The notes below the pieces were generated by a model that was not told the origin of the DNA, did no database searches, and saw only the letters and a list, made by a program, of their open reading frames with translations. The position numbers were made by a program, and so were the translations under genes. Of a stretch of DNA of 64,000 nt, positions 34,889 through 48,278 are shown piece after piece. Position 1 is the stretch's first letter, and the number at the start of each line of letters is the position of its first letter. The DNA lies in NCBI RefSeq assembly GCF_000143415.4, contig NW_003314364.1, forward strand, positions 124,001-188,000, read 5' to 3'. The DNA is from Selaginella moellendorffii. Lineage: Eukaryota; Plantae; Lycopodiophyta.

Positions 34889-37800
34889 TCAATCAAAGAC
34901 TGTAGGGATGAGTCTAATGATTCAAGTATTCATTGCCGTGCTCTCTCATAAACTTTTCTTAGATTGGACTGAAGGCAATGTTAATACAAGTTTGAGGTTT
35001 AGTAAAAAATGAGACCAAAAAGAGAGTCATCAGGGACAAAGGATCAAACACGTAAATCGTCTTTTCTTCTTGGAAAAATGATTTGCAACGAGGTGTGACT
35101 CATTTCTCGTGTTCACATCATGAAATCAAGAGTCTCTACCTTGATGCATATTGGAAATGATGGTTTTACAAATGGTGAGTCGTGGGATGGATAATGGTGA
35201 AGCGCTAAACCATTTTGTCTAAGCTTGCTATTGAAGACTTGGGTTGCAATGCTCAATTCTTTTCCGGGGAACCTTGTTATTGCTCCTTGAATAGCTTGGT
35301 GTTAGATTAGTGTTGAGTTTGGTTGGATAGAGAGTGGCATGAACTTTTCTGTGTTGTAAACAAAAGTTAATAGTGTTGGGTGTTGTAAATCTCTATCGGT
35401 GGAGTGTGGCATTTATGTTACATTTTGTCGAATTGAGTTGACACTTGATACTCACAAAACCTTTGAAGTAATGACATGGGTGTTGCTCATGATGTTGCTT
35501 GTTTGATGATCAAGACATTGTGATTTTTATATCATATCCAAGTGATGATGAGCAATGTGTTTACAAAGTTGCTTAGTTAAACGGTGATCAACCCCAAAGT
35601 GGTTGATGGTGAAGCTAGTCTACTTACATATAGTAGCATTGTAGTAACTTTGACTCGATTCTCGATGGTGATCCATTGTGCTAAGCTTGAGTTGGTATGT
35701 TGTTTCCTTGAGGGTTTGCCCATAAGGTGTTGGAAAAGGGTTATAGCATTCATTTGTTATAGCTTATCAGTTGATCCGTTAGCATTTGGAGTAGATTGTT
35801 GGATGGAGAAGGTGTGTAGTTGAGGCATTGACATCACTAGCACTTGTGTTAATGAAGATGACATTGTTATGTTGAGTGATAAGGAATTTTCCTTAGAGCT
35901 TGATTTTCCATGTCATTCTTTTTATTAGTTTTTGGCGGTGAATCTTATTAGTATTAGCAATGAAGCGCTAAACCATTTTATCTAAGCTTGCTATTGAAGA
36001 CTTGGGTTGCAATGCTCAATTCTTTTCCGGGGAACCTTGCTATTGCTCCTTGAATAACTTGGTGTTAGATTAGTGTTGAGTTTGGTTGGATAAAGAGTGG
36101 TATGAGCTTGTCCGTGTTGTAAACAAAAGTTAGTGGTGTTAGGTATTGTAAATCTCTATTGGTGGAGTGTGGCATTTATATTACATTTTATCGAATCAAG
36201 TTGACACTTAATACTCACAAAACCTTTGAAGTAATAACATTGGCATTGCTCGTGATGTTGCTCAATTGATGATCAAGTCATTGTGATATTTATATCATAT
36301 CCATATGATAATGAAAAATGTGTTTATGAAGTTGCTTGGTTAAACAATGATCGACCCTAAAGTGGTTAATAGTGAAGCTAATTTACTTGCATGTAGTAGC
36401 ATTGTAGTAGCTTTGACTAGATTCTCAATGGTGGTCCATTATGCTAAGCTTGAGTTGGTATGTTGTTTCCTTGAGGATTTGCCTATTAAGGTGTTGGAAA
36501 AGGGTTGTAACACTCATTTGCTATAACTTATTAGTTATTCCGTTAACACTTGGAGTAGATTATTGGATGGAGAAGGTGTGCGGTTGAGGCATTGGCATCG
36601 CTAGCACTTGTGTTACTGGAAGTGGCATTGTTATTTCGAGTGATGAGAAATTTTCCTTAGACCTTGATTTTTCAAATCATTTTTCTTGTTAGTGTTTTGG
36701 CTTCACATTAGATCTTGAAGGTGGTTGAAGAAGAGTGTTAGTGCAATATGGATATTCAAAGATGCAGTCTTCGTGATCAAGCTTTAGACGTTCATTTTGT
36801 ATATTTTTTTTGCGGATATCGATATTAGATATTAGATATATGGGCAGAGATATTCGACACTTAAGCATACTATGGGTCATAAGAATTGGTGCTGAAGTGA
36901 ACTTATATGAAATTTAAAGTAGGAGGAACTTGGTTGAGTCTTGAAAGTTTGCATTACTAGACTGAGAGTCATTCTTTTTCTAGGATGGAAAATTTTCCAT
37001 AAATTTTCTTAAACTTTTCTAATGGCTGATTTGTTGATCACTTTGCCCGAAAACCATTCTATTTTCGTAAGCCAATACAAACTAGTGAAGGGGTTGGAGT
37101 TGACTTTGGTTAACTTAAACCTTAGTAGGTAGTTTGTATAATGCGACCCAAAAGGTATGCTAACTTTTAGGGTTAAGGCAATTGAGTTGGATAAAGTCTG
37201 GAGTTGGTGTAGAAAAGTGGCCGTTGCACTTTTCTAGAAAGGTGACCCTTGTGCCTTTCTTCTAGCATTGTGCTTGGTGACAGGTTGCACCTTTCATTTC
37301 ATTAAGACTCTATGAGAGTAGTGAGCTCTCACTGATCTTGACTTAGTCTTGGTGGCCCTATGCCTTGGCTAAGAATGGTGATGTCCAACTTAGTTGTTTA
37401 AAGTTGAGATGTTAGTACCTGTACTATAACTTTGTCTATGAGGAGGTTGTGTACCAATATAAGTCCATCCATAGTCTTCACTTTAGTTTCAGCTGAGTGT
37501 TGATCTTGCATAGCTAGTCTCTTCAATGCATGCTTAGAGCTATTGGCTAAACGTGTCAGTGAGCTTATTGTGGTTGAGTTGGATTTAAATGGTCATTTAG
37601 TCTGTGCTTGTCTATGAACCTTTATCTCATACATGAGGTGTTATGTTCATGTTAGACAAGTGTATGACTTGATGACATGAGTTTAGTGTTTGGGTCTTGT
37701 GAAAGGCAGGTTGAAAAAGTGATTGTTGGTTACTTTGCAACTAGTGATTGCTTGTAAATTTTGTCGAGGACTATTGACACTTGCTTCACTCGATGAAGAT

Positions 37801-39700
37801 TTATTAGTGATGGGTTTGCTTTACTGAATGGTGTTGCGGAGGATCATGTTGTTAAACTTATATGGGTTTTCCATGTTGGTATATCGATTTTACCTTTGTC
37901 GATGTTATTTAGTTATGTTTAATCTATAGTGTTGGATTTCATGGAGTTTTGGATGTGGTGAATCACTCATTGATGATGTGTTATCTGTAACTGAGTATTG
38001 TTGAAGGTTTTTTCTTGGATTCTAACTAAAGTATCTTTGACTTTGGTTAGCTTAATTGCTAAAGAGTTTGGGTAGTGATTCACTTTTGCCTTTTTTTAGC
38101 TTTGTTATGGTGTTGATGGCATTGAAGTGATGCCTTGTTGTTGACATTGTTAATGTTGAGGCTCAAGTGAAACGAAAAGTCTCTCCTTATGATTGATATT
38201 GAGTTTCATTAGTCTTGATGAAGATAGTGTTGATGATTTCGCTATAACTTTGTGTTATTAACATTCGTGCATTTGCTAGTTACCAACTATGTTGGTGTTC
38301 AGACAAGATAAGTGGCAAGCTGAGTTAGTTGTGTTCTAGACGAGATTGTTTAGTCAAGGTTTAGCTTTGGTTTTTCCTTGAAAAGTGATTTAGTCGTAGC
38401 CTATGTTAACTCTACAAGCAAAAGAGTTAGTGATTGATATTGAAATGTTTAAATCCTTATTGGATTTGAGTTGGAATATATTGATCATTGATGATTTTTT
38501 TTGTACTTGTTATGAAGTGAGTTACGTCTTGCTATAAATGGATTCATGGAGGATCGTTTAATGATCACTTATTGAGCATAACTTTGTTATGCCTAGTTTT
38601 TATATTGATGTAGATATGCTCTTCATTAGCTTTGGCATTATGAAGTTTAGCTTATAGATATGTTGAGGAGGATATTATGGGTTATACCATGATTTCTTCT
38701 TTAGCATTGAAGCTAATTCATGTGAGACTCGTGATCATTGTTAGGTAAGACTTGGCTATAAACTTCTTCAAGCTTTTTCTTCTTTGAGTTTTCATGCTCA
38801 TTGTTCCATTTGTTAGGAGCTGTTGGGGAAGGCATTTTGGCTTATTAGCTTTGATGTTGAAGTTGATTTTTGCATTTAGCAATCATTGGTGATGATTGAC
38901 TATCATCTAGAATAGTTGATTGTCCTTGTCAAAAGGTTTTATTTGATTGTTATTGATATAGAATGATTCGCTATTTTTTGGGATGGCGGATTCTTTCTTC
39001 AACGATGATTTTGTGTCTCTTCATTGATGGGATGATTGATGATCTTTCATGATAGTTAGTTGGTCTCTTTGATGGCTTATGGCTTTTTGCAATATCACAT
39101 ATTCTTTGTGGTTTGTTCTAGATTGGTCTCTTGGGTTTAAGATATCAATAAGATGTTGCTAACACTTGCTTGAGCAACTCTGGTTGCTTAGTATTGTTGA
39201 CGAGGATCTATTTAGATTGACTAATACAATAGTTGGCATGAATGAGTGTTATTGGTCTTACTACATTCATTCTGTTCTATTGATTATTGCTTGAGTTAGT
39301 TCTGATAGATTAGGATGTTATTTCCTTCATGTGATATATTCCTGAGCATTGTGCTTGCCAATCAATGATACTTTGTGTTTTTTTAGTTGTCTTTTGTGAG
39401 TTGTTTTGCATGCTATTTGCAATCTTTGATAATTGTGTTTTGTCATTAAGTGTCCTTGATGATACACTACCTATTGAATTTTGTTGGATAGTGAATCTTA
39501 TGTTTCCCACTGTTATGATTTTGGTGGTCCTATATACTAAAATTAGTTTATCGGATGATAACTTACTTGGAATACATTTATGTTTTAATCTAAGATTTAT
39601 TTACTGATAATTAAGTCTCTAAGATATCATTGTCTTTGACTTTGATATTGTCTATCTATTGATCTTTGAATTTGGGCCAGTATAGGTAGATTGGCTTCGG
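34889..39700 (-). mobile_element. Heavily decayed AT-rich retroelement debris, possibly copia-like
   Basis: CpG-poor and strand-skewed with no long ORF; a faint RLKLD...CIF motif at ~36750-36800. Confidence 0.35.
35198..36700. repeat. Old tandem duplication, unit ~760 bp
   Basis: TGAAGCGCTAAACCATTTT starts at both 35198 and 35961 and the copies remain colinear. Confidence 0.85.
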
Positions 39701-40516
39701 CACTTCGTGTGCATGGTGAAATCTTTAGTCATGGGGTAGCTACTATCGATTGGTCACATAACCCACCTTTCTGTCAATATTCCTTATTTTATTCAAAGGG
39801 CGTGACCGTGTAAACAACTCTAACTACCTGTTTACAATAGTTTATTTAAACCTTACCGATGGGTTTGGTTTCTTTGCTCAAGAGGGTTGGGGCCTCTAGC
39901 TTCTCTCTCTATGTCCCTGCAAGCAAGGGCATATCACACTTTTGTAAGCTGGGTGACAACTAGAGCAGCAAGGGTGGCTGACTCTATTAGTCATTTCCTT
40001 GTCGGCGACGGCCGGAAGGTGTTTGAGTTGGTAGCGCATCCACATTAGACCAAGAGGTTGCCTCCTAACTCATTTAAATCAGTGCATTTCTCATATAGTG
40101 TGATCACCGTGAACTTTTTCTAGAGTTGTTTCCTTAGTGGTGGTCTAGACAGGAGTATGCATCGACGAGGATGTCAATCTTCCCTAAGGGGGGGAGAGTG
40201 TCGTGAATGTGATTTCGGGTATCGAAAGTTACCTATCGGATAGTCCTTACAGACACTCTTTCCTTACTACCACGATGGCAAGAAGTTGGTATTATTGGGC
40301 CTGTTATCAGTTCCCACTTGAGGTAATTGAGAAACTGATCAATAACTGTGCACTTAAATTGGATAAACATAAGGCCCTTTGTGTTTCTTGCCGAGCATAC
40401 TCGGCCTGGTTTGAGAAACTCCTGTCATTGGCTTGCACTTGCTAGTATCAAGAACCCCCATGAGATTGGTCCCTCAATATTCGCAAGATGATAACTTACC
40501 GTGTTTGCCAAACACC

Positions 40517-41684
40517 TGTAAGCCACAAATTTTTTCCTTTCCAATTTGCTAGCTTACCTCGTCTATTCGTCCGACACTGCCTTGGCTTTTGCTAAGTTCT
40601 CTCACCAATGTTCTCGCCTATGGTACCAACTCCTACTTGGTCCTACTTGGTTTCAGCTACTCACTACACGAGCAACGGAGCGTTAGCCATCCATCCACGG
40701 ATTCCTAATCTCTCCCAATCCCCCTCCCCGGGTTAGACTGGACTTAAGGTTCGGCTACACTCCCCGCAAGCACAAGCAGCCAAGCACACCAAGCTTCCAG
40801 GTTTCTAACATCCCTTGGTACCACAAGACTTGATCATAGGACCCTCTAAATCCCAAGTCTTGAGTGCAACACTTGCTTCGGGACGCCGGGGCAAAACACC
40901 GTGGCCTAGTGGCCCGGTATGGGTACCTCTACCCCCCCCCCCCCCCCCACTTCTATCCCGAAGGAAGGCCCAAACCCCTAGGAAGGGCGAGGACCAATGA
41001 GCCGCATGGTACTCAAGTGGGGCACCACTCCACATGAGCCGGGAGCACTGCAATCGGTTTCCCTTTCGGGAGTGGGAGCTGCTCTTGAGCACTTCCTTGG
41101 ATGGCCCCTCCGGCACCAACCAAGTCCATGCTCACTCCCACCCAAGGCCCCTCGGTCCCAGTCCCAACCTCAAGTCAGTTTGGGAGCCCCACTGGAGAGT
41201 CCCTTCTAAACTGGTTCCTGGACCTCACTATCCCTACTATACTTTTGGAACCCCCTGCAGCCCCCCCCCCCTGGGAGACGCACGCTTTGGGCTTTCACCC
41301 CTTGACCCGTATTAGTATTTGGACTTAGTCTCTAGCTCGATCTCAGACCCGATTTCGGATCCGACTTCGGATTCGGTTTCGAACTCGATCTCGGACTCGA
41401 TCTCGGACCCGATCTCGGACCCGACCTCGGACTCGACCTCGGACTCGGTCTCGGACCCGATTTCGGATCTCGGACTCCGTCTCGAACTCAGTCTCGAACT
41501 CGGACTCGAACTCGGTCCCCGAGTCGGTCTCGGACTCGATTCCGGACTCTATCTCGAACTCGGTCTCCAAGTCAGTCTTGGACTCGATCTTCGACTTAGT
41601 CCCATCCGATGAACTCTTTATCATTTTGGTCATGCTTTCGTGGTTCCTTTAGCCTACGACACCTCGGCGAGTTGGTTCCTTACA
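40517..41684 (-). mobile_element. 3' LTR, family 2, with PPT at 41685-41698
   Basis: TG...CA ends; homologous to 30060-31219; lies downstream of the chromodomain on the minus strand. Confidence 0.9.
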
Positions 41685-42089
41685 ACTCCACCACCCATAG
41701 AAAAAGTTCGATGCCCACATTGAATGTCTCTTTTTTAATCCTACGACTTGTTGACCATGTCTCCGGGGGCATCCCCCCACTTAGCGGTGTGCCTAAGTTA
41801 GCCTCCTTGGCCAAGAGCCCATAACAACGGAATATAGGTGTCCCTATACTCCTCACCTCACCATGCCCTAGTATAGGGTCGGGACTTGAACCCAGCCTTG
41901 CTTTACTAGGGGGTTGGGACTCGAACCCAACCTCCGTAGAATACGTCTACGGATTCGACATCCCCGCAGGGAGTTGGGCGTAGCTCCCTCCGCCTGGTCG
42001 ACCTAGCTAACCCATGCTAATTAGCTTACCTTCGGCGCGCCTTCGGGTCCCAACATATGCCACTTGCTCAACTTTGCAAATTGATATTT

Positions 42090-42896
42090 TTAATTGAACT
42101 TTGCATAAGTACATAGAATTCTGCCTTGCAGAAATTCCTCCACTAGATCTCGCGCGTTCGCTAGGTTCTCCTCCGGTTCCCATGTTGCTTCGCAGTGTGG
42201 AAATCCTTTCCACTTCACATGGAACTCTCTCACCTCGCGTCCTTGTCGCTTGCTTTTGCACGCATTGAGGATGGCCTCGACTTCGTATTCCTCTTCCCCT
42301 TGGATAACCTCAGGTAAAGGTCTTACTTGGTCCTTGCGAAGCGGATCCTCAAAGTACGGCTTGAGTAAGTTCACGTGGAACACTGGGTGCATCTTCCCCA
42401 TCTCTCAAGGAAGTCGGAGTCGGTAAGCCACTTTACCGATTTGTGCCTCAATCTCGTAAGGCCCCGCGAACCTACTTAAGGAACTCAAGATCAATTCATT
42501 TACAGGAATACATGCATTTTTACCTTTGGGTCAACTTTCGGCTGATCCCACTTGGTAGCCTGAGGTTCTTGGTGTTCAGACACACCTTCTCCCCAGCTTG
42601 GAACTCTACATCCCGGTGCTTTAGGTTCGCGTACTTGGTTTGCCATTGTTGAGCCTGTATCAAGGAATCCCTCACTAGATTCCAAATGTTGAATCTTTCC
42701 GCCGTGAATGCCTCCACTGCAGGTAGCTCTCCATGATACTCGGCCACGTCGAGCTCCACAGGACCTTCAATAGCTCGCCCATTGATGACTTCCCATGGAC
42801 TCACCCGGATACTCGAATGTGGTGAGTTGTTATAACACATTTCCGCAAGTCCCAAATGACTTACCTAATCGGTCTGGTCTCCCGAGACATAGCATC
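42090..42896 (-). pseudogene. Integrase C-terminus and chromodomain
   Basis: AEMCYNNS, HPVFHVNLLKPY and EYEVEAIL...VKWKGFPHCEATWEPEENL. Confidence 0.9.
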
Positions 42897-43241
42897 AAGC
42901 TCTATTTCGTTAAAGTGGGAATTGTCATTATTCCACTTGTAAAAATAAGGTTTCCAAACCTTTATATAATATATAAATATAACAAAATTCAACTGCATTG
43001 AGGCACATGCCATTTTATTTTAAACAAGGAAATGCCTACTCAATCACTTCTCCTCCCCCTGCCACTGCTTCACCTCTCTCTTCTCCTTGTCATCGTCGTC
43101 CAATTTCTTTCCATCCTTTTAATATTGGCTCAGTTGCTTCGAGTCTAGGTGGAGCCCAAGTCCCCATTCAATCTTTACTTTCCCCTTGGCATGGAACCCC
43201 ATGCCATAATAAGTTACATTTTTAAATAAATACATGCCATC

Positions 43242-46200
43242 TCAGACTGTTATTTTTTGCCTCCAACGCCTATACAATAATCTTGGAATTTCATCACTCT
43301 CCACACTATCAGGATTTAAACCCAATAGTAATGCCATCTCTTCTCTAATACGTCCACGCTTATGTTCAGTGGTCGAAGAGCCCATCCGGTTGAGCAGATT
43401 ATGGAGATGCGGATAGTGCTTGGCTAGACAATATACATGCCATAAATGATGACTGGTGTCTGTCCGATCAAATGGCTTCTGATATACCGTTCCATCTGCC
43501 ATTTGGTTGATTTCTGCAGCCACCTCCTGGATTGGCCGGTTCTCTATCACCATCGCTTCAAGCCGTTTTGCAAGGTCCCCCAGAACATACGGTTTCTTCT
43601 CCCTAGTTTCCATACTGCAAGAGATGGGGTGCACTGCATATGTGTGCGTGTTCGCTGCAGTTTTAATCGGCGAGTCATCGATGATGAGGATTTCACTTGA
43701 CCTAGCAGTCCGGTTCATCACTACAGCCTCTGGCTTGACGAAGATAGGCTTGCTACCCCTCACATGGACCATAGTCAAGCAATCCTCCTGCGTTAGGAGA
43801 AAGTCAAATGGTAATATTACTCGCGTCTAATCGTGCATCATCTGTAGCAACGTTAATGCATTGTGGCGCATCATGGATGTCCAAACTCCCAATTGCAAAT
43901 TGAACCCGGCCCTCTGTTTTAAGTGTCGCATGGTCATTATTAGATCCCGCAGTTTCTCCCGTGTGATTAATGTGAATCTGTCTCTTTTGACCAACTTGCG
44001 ACCGCAGGCTTTGGAGGGTGCAGTGACATTCGAGGACGAGCCACACTCATGGGAGAAAAGGACACCGTTTAGATCAAAAACGATACAGTACTTTCGCCGT
44101 GACTCTGAAATGAAATGCGTCAGCATAAAAAATGGTACAAGTCAATTTTACCATCTACAATATTAGCGAATGGTGCTCCCAATGGTCGTTCAGAGGGTTT
44201 TGGTCGAGGAAACGTGAAGGGCGGAAATACTCTCCTCTGCAATGTGGGGTCAATCGCATCCGATGGCGTGTGGGCACATGCCATTTCAGCTGTAGACTCT
44301 GGTACAACTGGCTCAACAGTGGCATGGGGTGGTTCCGATGGCGTGTGATCACACGCCATTTCAGCTGGTGCCTCCGTTGGCAAAGTGGACATGACCGAAC
44401 AGGCAGCAGGGGCGGTGTAGGGAGGTTCCAACGGCGCGTAGTCAGACGATTGGGCACACGTTGAGTCCGTTGGAAATGAGGATATGACCGGCTCGGCGGC
44501 TGGGGCGGCCTCATGCGGGTCCAATGGCGCCTGGTCACCGTCAGTTGGATACGTGGACAAGATTGACTCAGTGGTATGGGCAGCATCAAGTGGAGCGTGG
44601 TCAGCTTGCTTGGCGTTGATATGGATAGTAGCCTCCACTAGCTCTGATGACTCTTGCAGGCAAGTAGAGTCCACTGGCGGATCCATATGCATGTCCAAAT
44701 ATCTCCCTTCGATTGAGATGGTATCCTCCCTACTGGCTACTGAAAACAAACTCATTAGCACATTGAATCGACTATACTGTATTTACCATCAACTGCTATT
44801 GAGCGCACTGCTGATTCTGAAGGATTGGACATACATTTCGACCCTTGCTTGGCACTATCCTTCCTCGACACTAAAGGCTAGAGTTTGTATCTTAATTCAA
44901 CTGAATAATCTCTACTTACAGCATAATAATAGCATGAGGACATACGCGATGAGCACACAAATGCTTTTACCCTTCCTCCTCTGCCCTGGTCAGTTGTCCA
45001 TCTCTTTGTCTACAGCGTCTGAAAGCTGTTTTGCAGGTAGCCTAATTCGAGGTTCACGACGTCTCCTTGGCACTTGAACTGTATATTATTGCATCAACAC
45101 ATGCAACATCCCATAATATTTTTAAGTTATCTTTCATAAAGTTTTCCATTGGTTCAACTCGTTTCCCTGAAATACAAACTTAGATAAGTGCATGGGGCCA
45201 TATGTCATGATCGTACCTGTTTCAGAAATCTCCTTATCACTCTCCGAGGCCTCCCCCTCCTCCACTGGAGGCACAATGTTCCATTCGATTTCCTCGACGC
45301 GATCTGCAAGAACATTAGTTAATTGCGTGGGGCCACACGCCATCAAACCTTCAGGTTCTTGTCGTGAGGTCTGCGCTGCTTGCCCTAGTCTCTTTGGAAT
45401 TTGAGCTGCAAGAAGCAATGGCATGAGAATTCACGTATAACAAAAATGATTGGTACCTCTCGTCCGTTGTACTTGGCTGGTGCTTGCCTGTTTTGCATTT
45501 GAAGAAGTGTCTCCTGCAAGGAATGGCATGAGACCACACGCCATTGCAAATATAATTTGTACCTCCTTTTTTCCTATTGCTTGTCTGTTTGTCCTTCTTC
45601 GACACGCCACCAGTGCGCTTTTCAGTCCTCGTGTCTGAATATTCACAACGATCTATAATCAAAATGGCATGAGGCCTCACGTGACCTTACCTTGTGCAGG
45701 TTGTGAGCTCGGCCCAACATGGGTATCTTCAATAGTAGCTGTTAACGCCGTTTCAGCATCTGGGGGTGGCCACGCTCCTGCATACAGAGCTTGTGAGATA
45801 ACATTTAAACTTAAAGTGCGTACTCACCAGGTTCGCAGAGAAGATACTGTTTTTCTTTGGCAACTGTAATTATATGCTCCATTGAAGTCACCTCTTCAAT
45901 GGAGTTTGTCACCGCAACACACGGGACACCCTTGAGTAGTGCGGCTCGAAAGAATAGTCCGCCGCAGTTGTACTCGACAACGCATTTGCCCTTGGTGTCA
46001 CCCGCTATTGCGTTGAAGACCCAGCTGAGCATTTCCCATGCTGCACCTGGAGCTTTCTTTGGATTCGAAAGCTCCATAGCCGTCTTCAGTTCCTTAGGCA
46101 CGGGTAAATTGACCTCCCTCAGATCAATTCGATCGGCCTTGTCGAACGAAGCTGGGAAGTCACTCCAGTCCCACTCTGCTGCAGGACCAATAACAAGGGC

Positions 46201-46660
46201 GAGTGTGAAGATGCGGACATTCGTCGGTATCTTCTTCTTAGCCATTATCCCATGTATCTCCCGCATCTCCTTGCCTTTCAACCGAGCCTTCACCTCGTTC
46301 AAGGCCTTCCAGAACTTGTGATAGGATTCGGAGTCGTAGATCATATAGTGGACTGAAGATTCCACCTCCGCAAGTCCCACCATTAAGTCAATGATGGAGC
46401 TGACTTCGTCTGCATGAGTGATCTCCTCGTTTGTGAAGTCCATCACACAAAAGATGTTCTTGACCTGCTTTGACAAGGCGTTGAGCTTCAAATCATTGGG
46501 CTTCCGGCCGTCCTCCACACCCATTGAGTTTAGCAACTCCCCGTCATGGTACCTCCTCAGCACATCTACCCATTTGTCAAAAACAACTTTTGTCGTGAGT
46601 AGAATGTTATGGATGCTGAGTGTGTCATTGAACCCTAGTGTTTTCGAGAGAAGACTCGAG
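43242..46660 (-). pseudogene. Cargo gene remnant (MTase-like and FCP1-like parts; ParB part deleted)
   Basis: Homologous to 21770-25898, with deletions and a premature stop at 43827. Confidence 0.8.
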
Positions 46661-47898
46661 ACTCGAGAAAATGTGTTTATGGTCCTAGGGGCATTGTGAC
46701 ATATCAAAGGATTTTGCATCAAGTTCTGTATTTGCATGTTTATCAAGCTACTGAATTGCTAAACCCTAAACCCTAAACATGTGGCAAATGCTGCGTGAAG
46801 AAAGATGCCCTTTCTGGGCAAATGCTGTAAGAGGCAGATGCCGAGCAGATGTATCTCAGGCTAGCGAAGGGGACAAACGAAAGCTAGCTATAAACATGAC
46901 GGGATGCAAATAGATTACTAGGCTGGTCCTGCGAAAATCAAAAACCATAATTGAAAACATTGAAAATGCAAAACGAAAGGTTTATAATATTTTTGAATTT
47001 TAAGCAACCAAAGGAATGTAAGTAGGGCATGTGTTTGTAAGTTTAAAAATGCCTCAACCACTTAAATTCCCAAGTAAATAAAGCTGTTTCTATTTTTGGT
47101 ACAGGTAAACTTTATAGCGTGTGGGCTCATGCAATTTTGAACCCAAAAATGCACCAAAAAATGCTCGACTAGCATTATTCTTTGAATGGCGTGTGGCCTT
47201 ATATTGCCATAAATGGACGTACACACACAGCATAATTATTCCTTTACACAGCGAATAATCTTGGCGCGGATCGCTGACATGGCATGGCAAAGTTCGAATC
47301 ACTGACATGGCACAGCTGGATCGAGGCAAGGACATGATGTGACAAAGTTCAACCTCCGACAGCAAAGTCTAGAAGCTACTCAGTTTGAAATTTGTCAGAG
47401 GAGTCATAAGATTTGGTTTGTCAGAGGATTTGATGTGACATTCAAGCGTGTGTTATTTTTGAATTCTCGAACTCATTCCTAGGTCTATCATTTTTGTGTG
47501 CCGTGTTCTTGGTTCCGCTGAGCGCAGTGAGCGCTGCTTGTGTAAGCGGCGTTGTGGGCTGTGGTTTATGCGTCTACGAGCGGTTGTGGCATTGTGAGCG
47601 CCATTGCGGGCGGCAGTTTATGCGAGTGGCAGTTTGTGCGAGCGGCACTACGAGCAGTTGCGGTGTTGCGAGCGGCGCTACGAGTAGTTGCGATGTTGCG
47701 AGCGGCACTGTCTTTGGTGTGGCTACCGCTTCCTCTTGATATTCGGCACTTGTGCTTCCTGGTATGTTCACCATGGAATGGCTTAGGACCACATTTAGAA
47801 ATGGCATGAGGCCACATGCCATCTTGGGCCCTTGCAATTTCATGGCTAGCGTATTGTCATGTATGTTTTTACTTGCCTGCAGCTGTGTGTATATCAAG

Positions 47899-48090
47899 AT
47901 GGCATGAGGCCTCATACCATCTTTGGCCCCTGCTAGCCTATTGCCATATTCCTTTTGCCTTGCTGCAACTGTATATATTTCTGTATGGGTGACTAGTCAC
48001 GCACACAAATATATATACAGTTGCAGCAAGGCAAAAGGAATATAGCAACAGGCTAGCAGGGGCCAAAGATAGCGTGAGGCCTCATGCCAT
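47899..48090. repeat. 192-bp near-perfect inverted repeat (hairpin)
   Basis: Symmetric about GTGACT|AGTCAC at 47994/47995; the arms end in the 22-bp motif. Confidence 0.9.
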
Positions 48091-48278
48091 TAGTGGTACC
48101 ACTAATGGCATGAGGGCTCATGCCAATTTTGTGAATGCGAAATTTCATGTGGGTGTCAATAGCATGTTTGAATAATGGCATGTGGCCTCATGCTATTGAG
48201 GTTGTTTGGTATGTTATGATTTAGGCCATTCTCCAATCATTTTTTGTATGGTCTTAACTTCTTTTCTGCACTTTCAGA

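Noticed and set aside
30060-41684. The two family-2 LTRs as the ends of one element
   Set aside because: They are inverted and each has its own PPT, so both are 3' LTRs of separate insertions.
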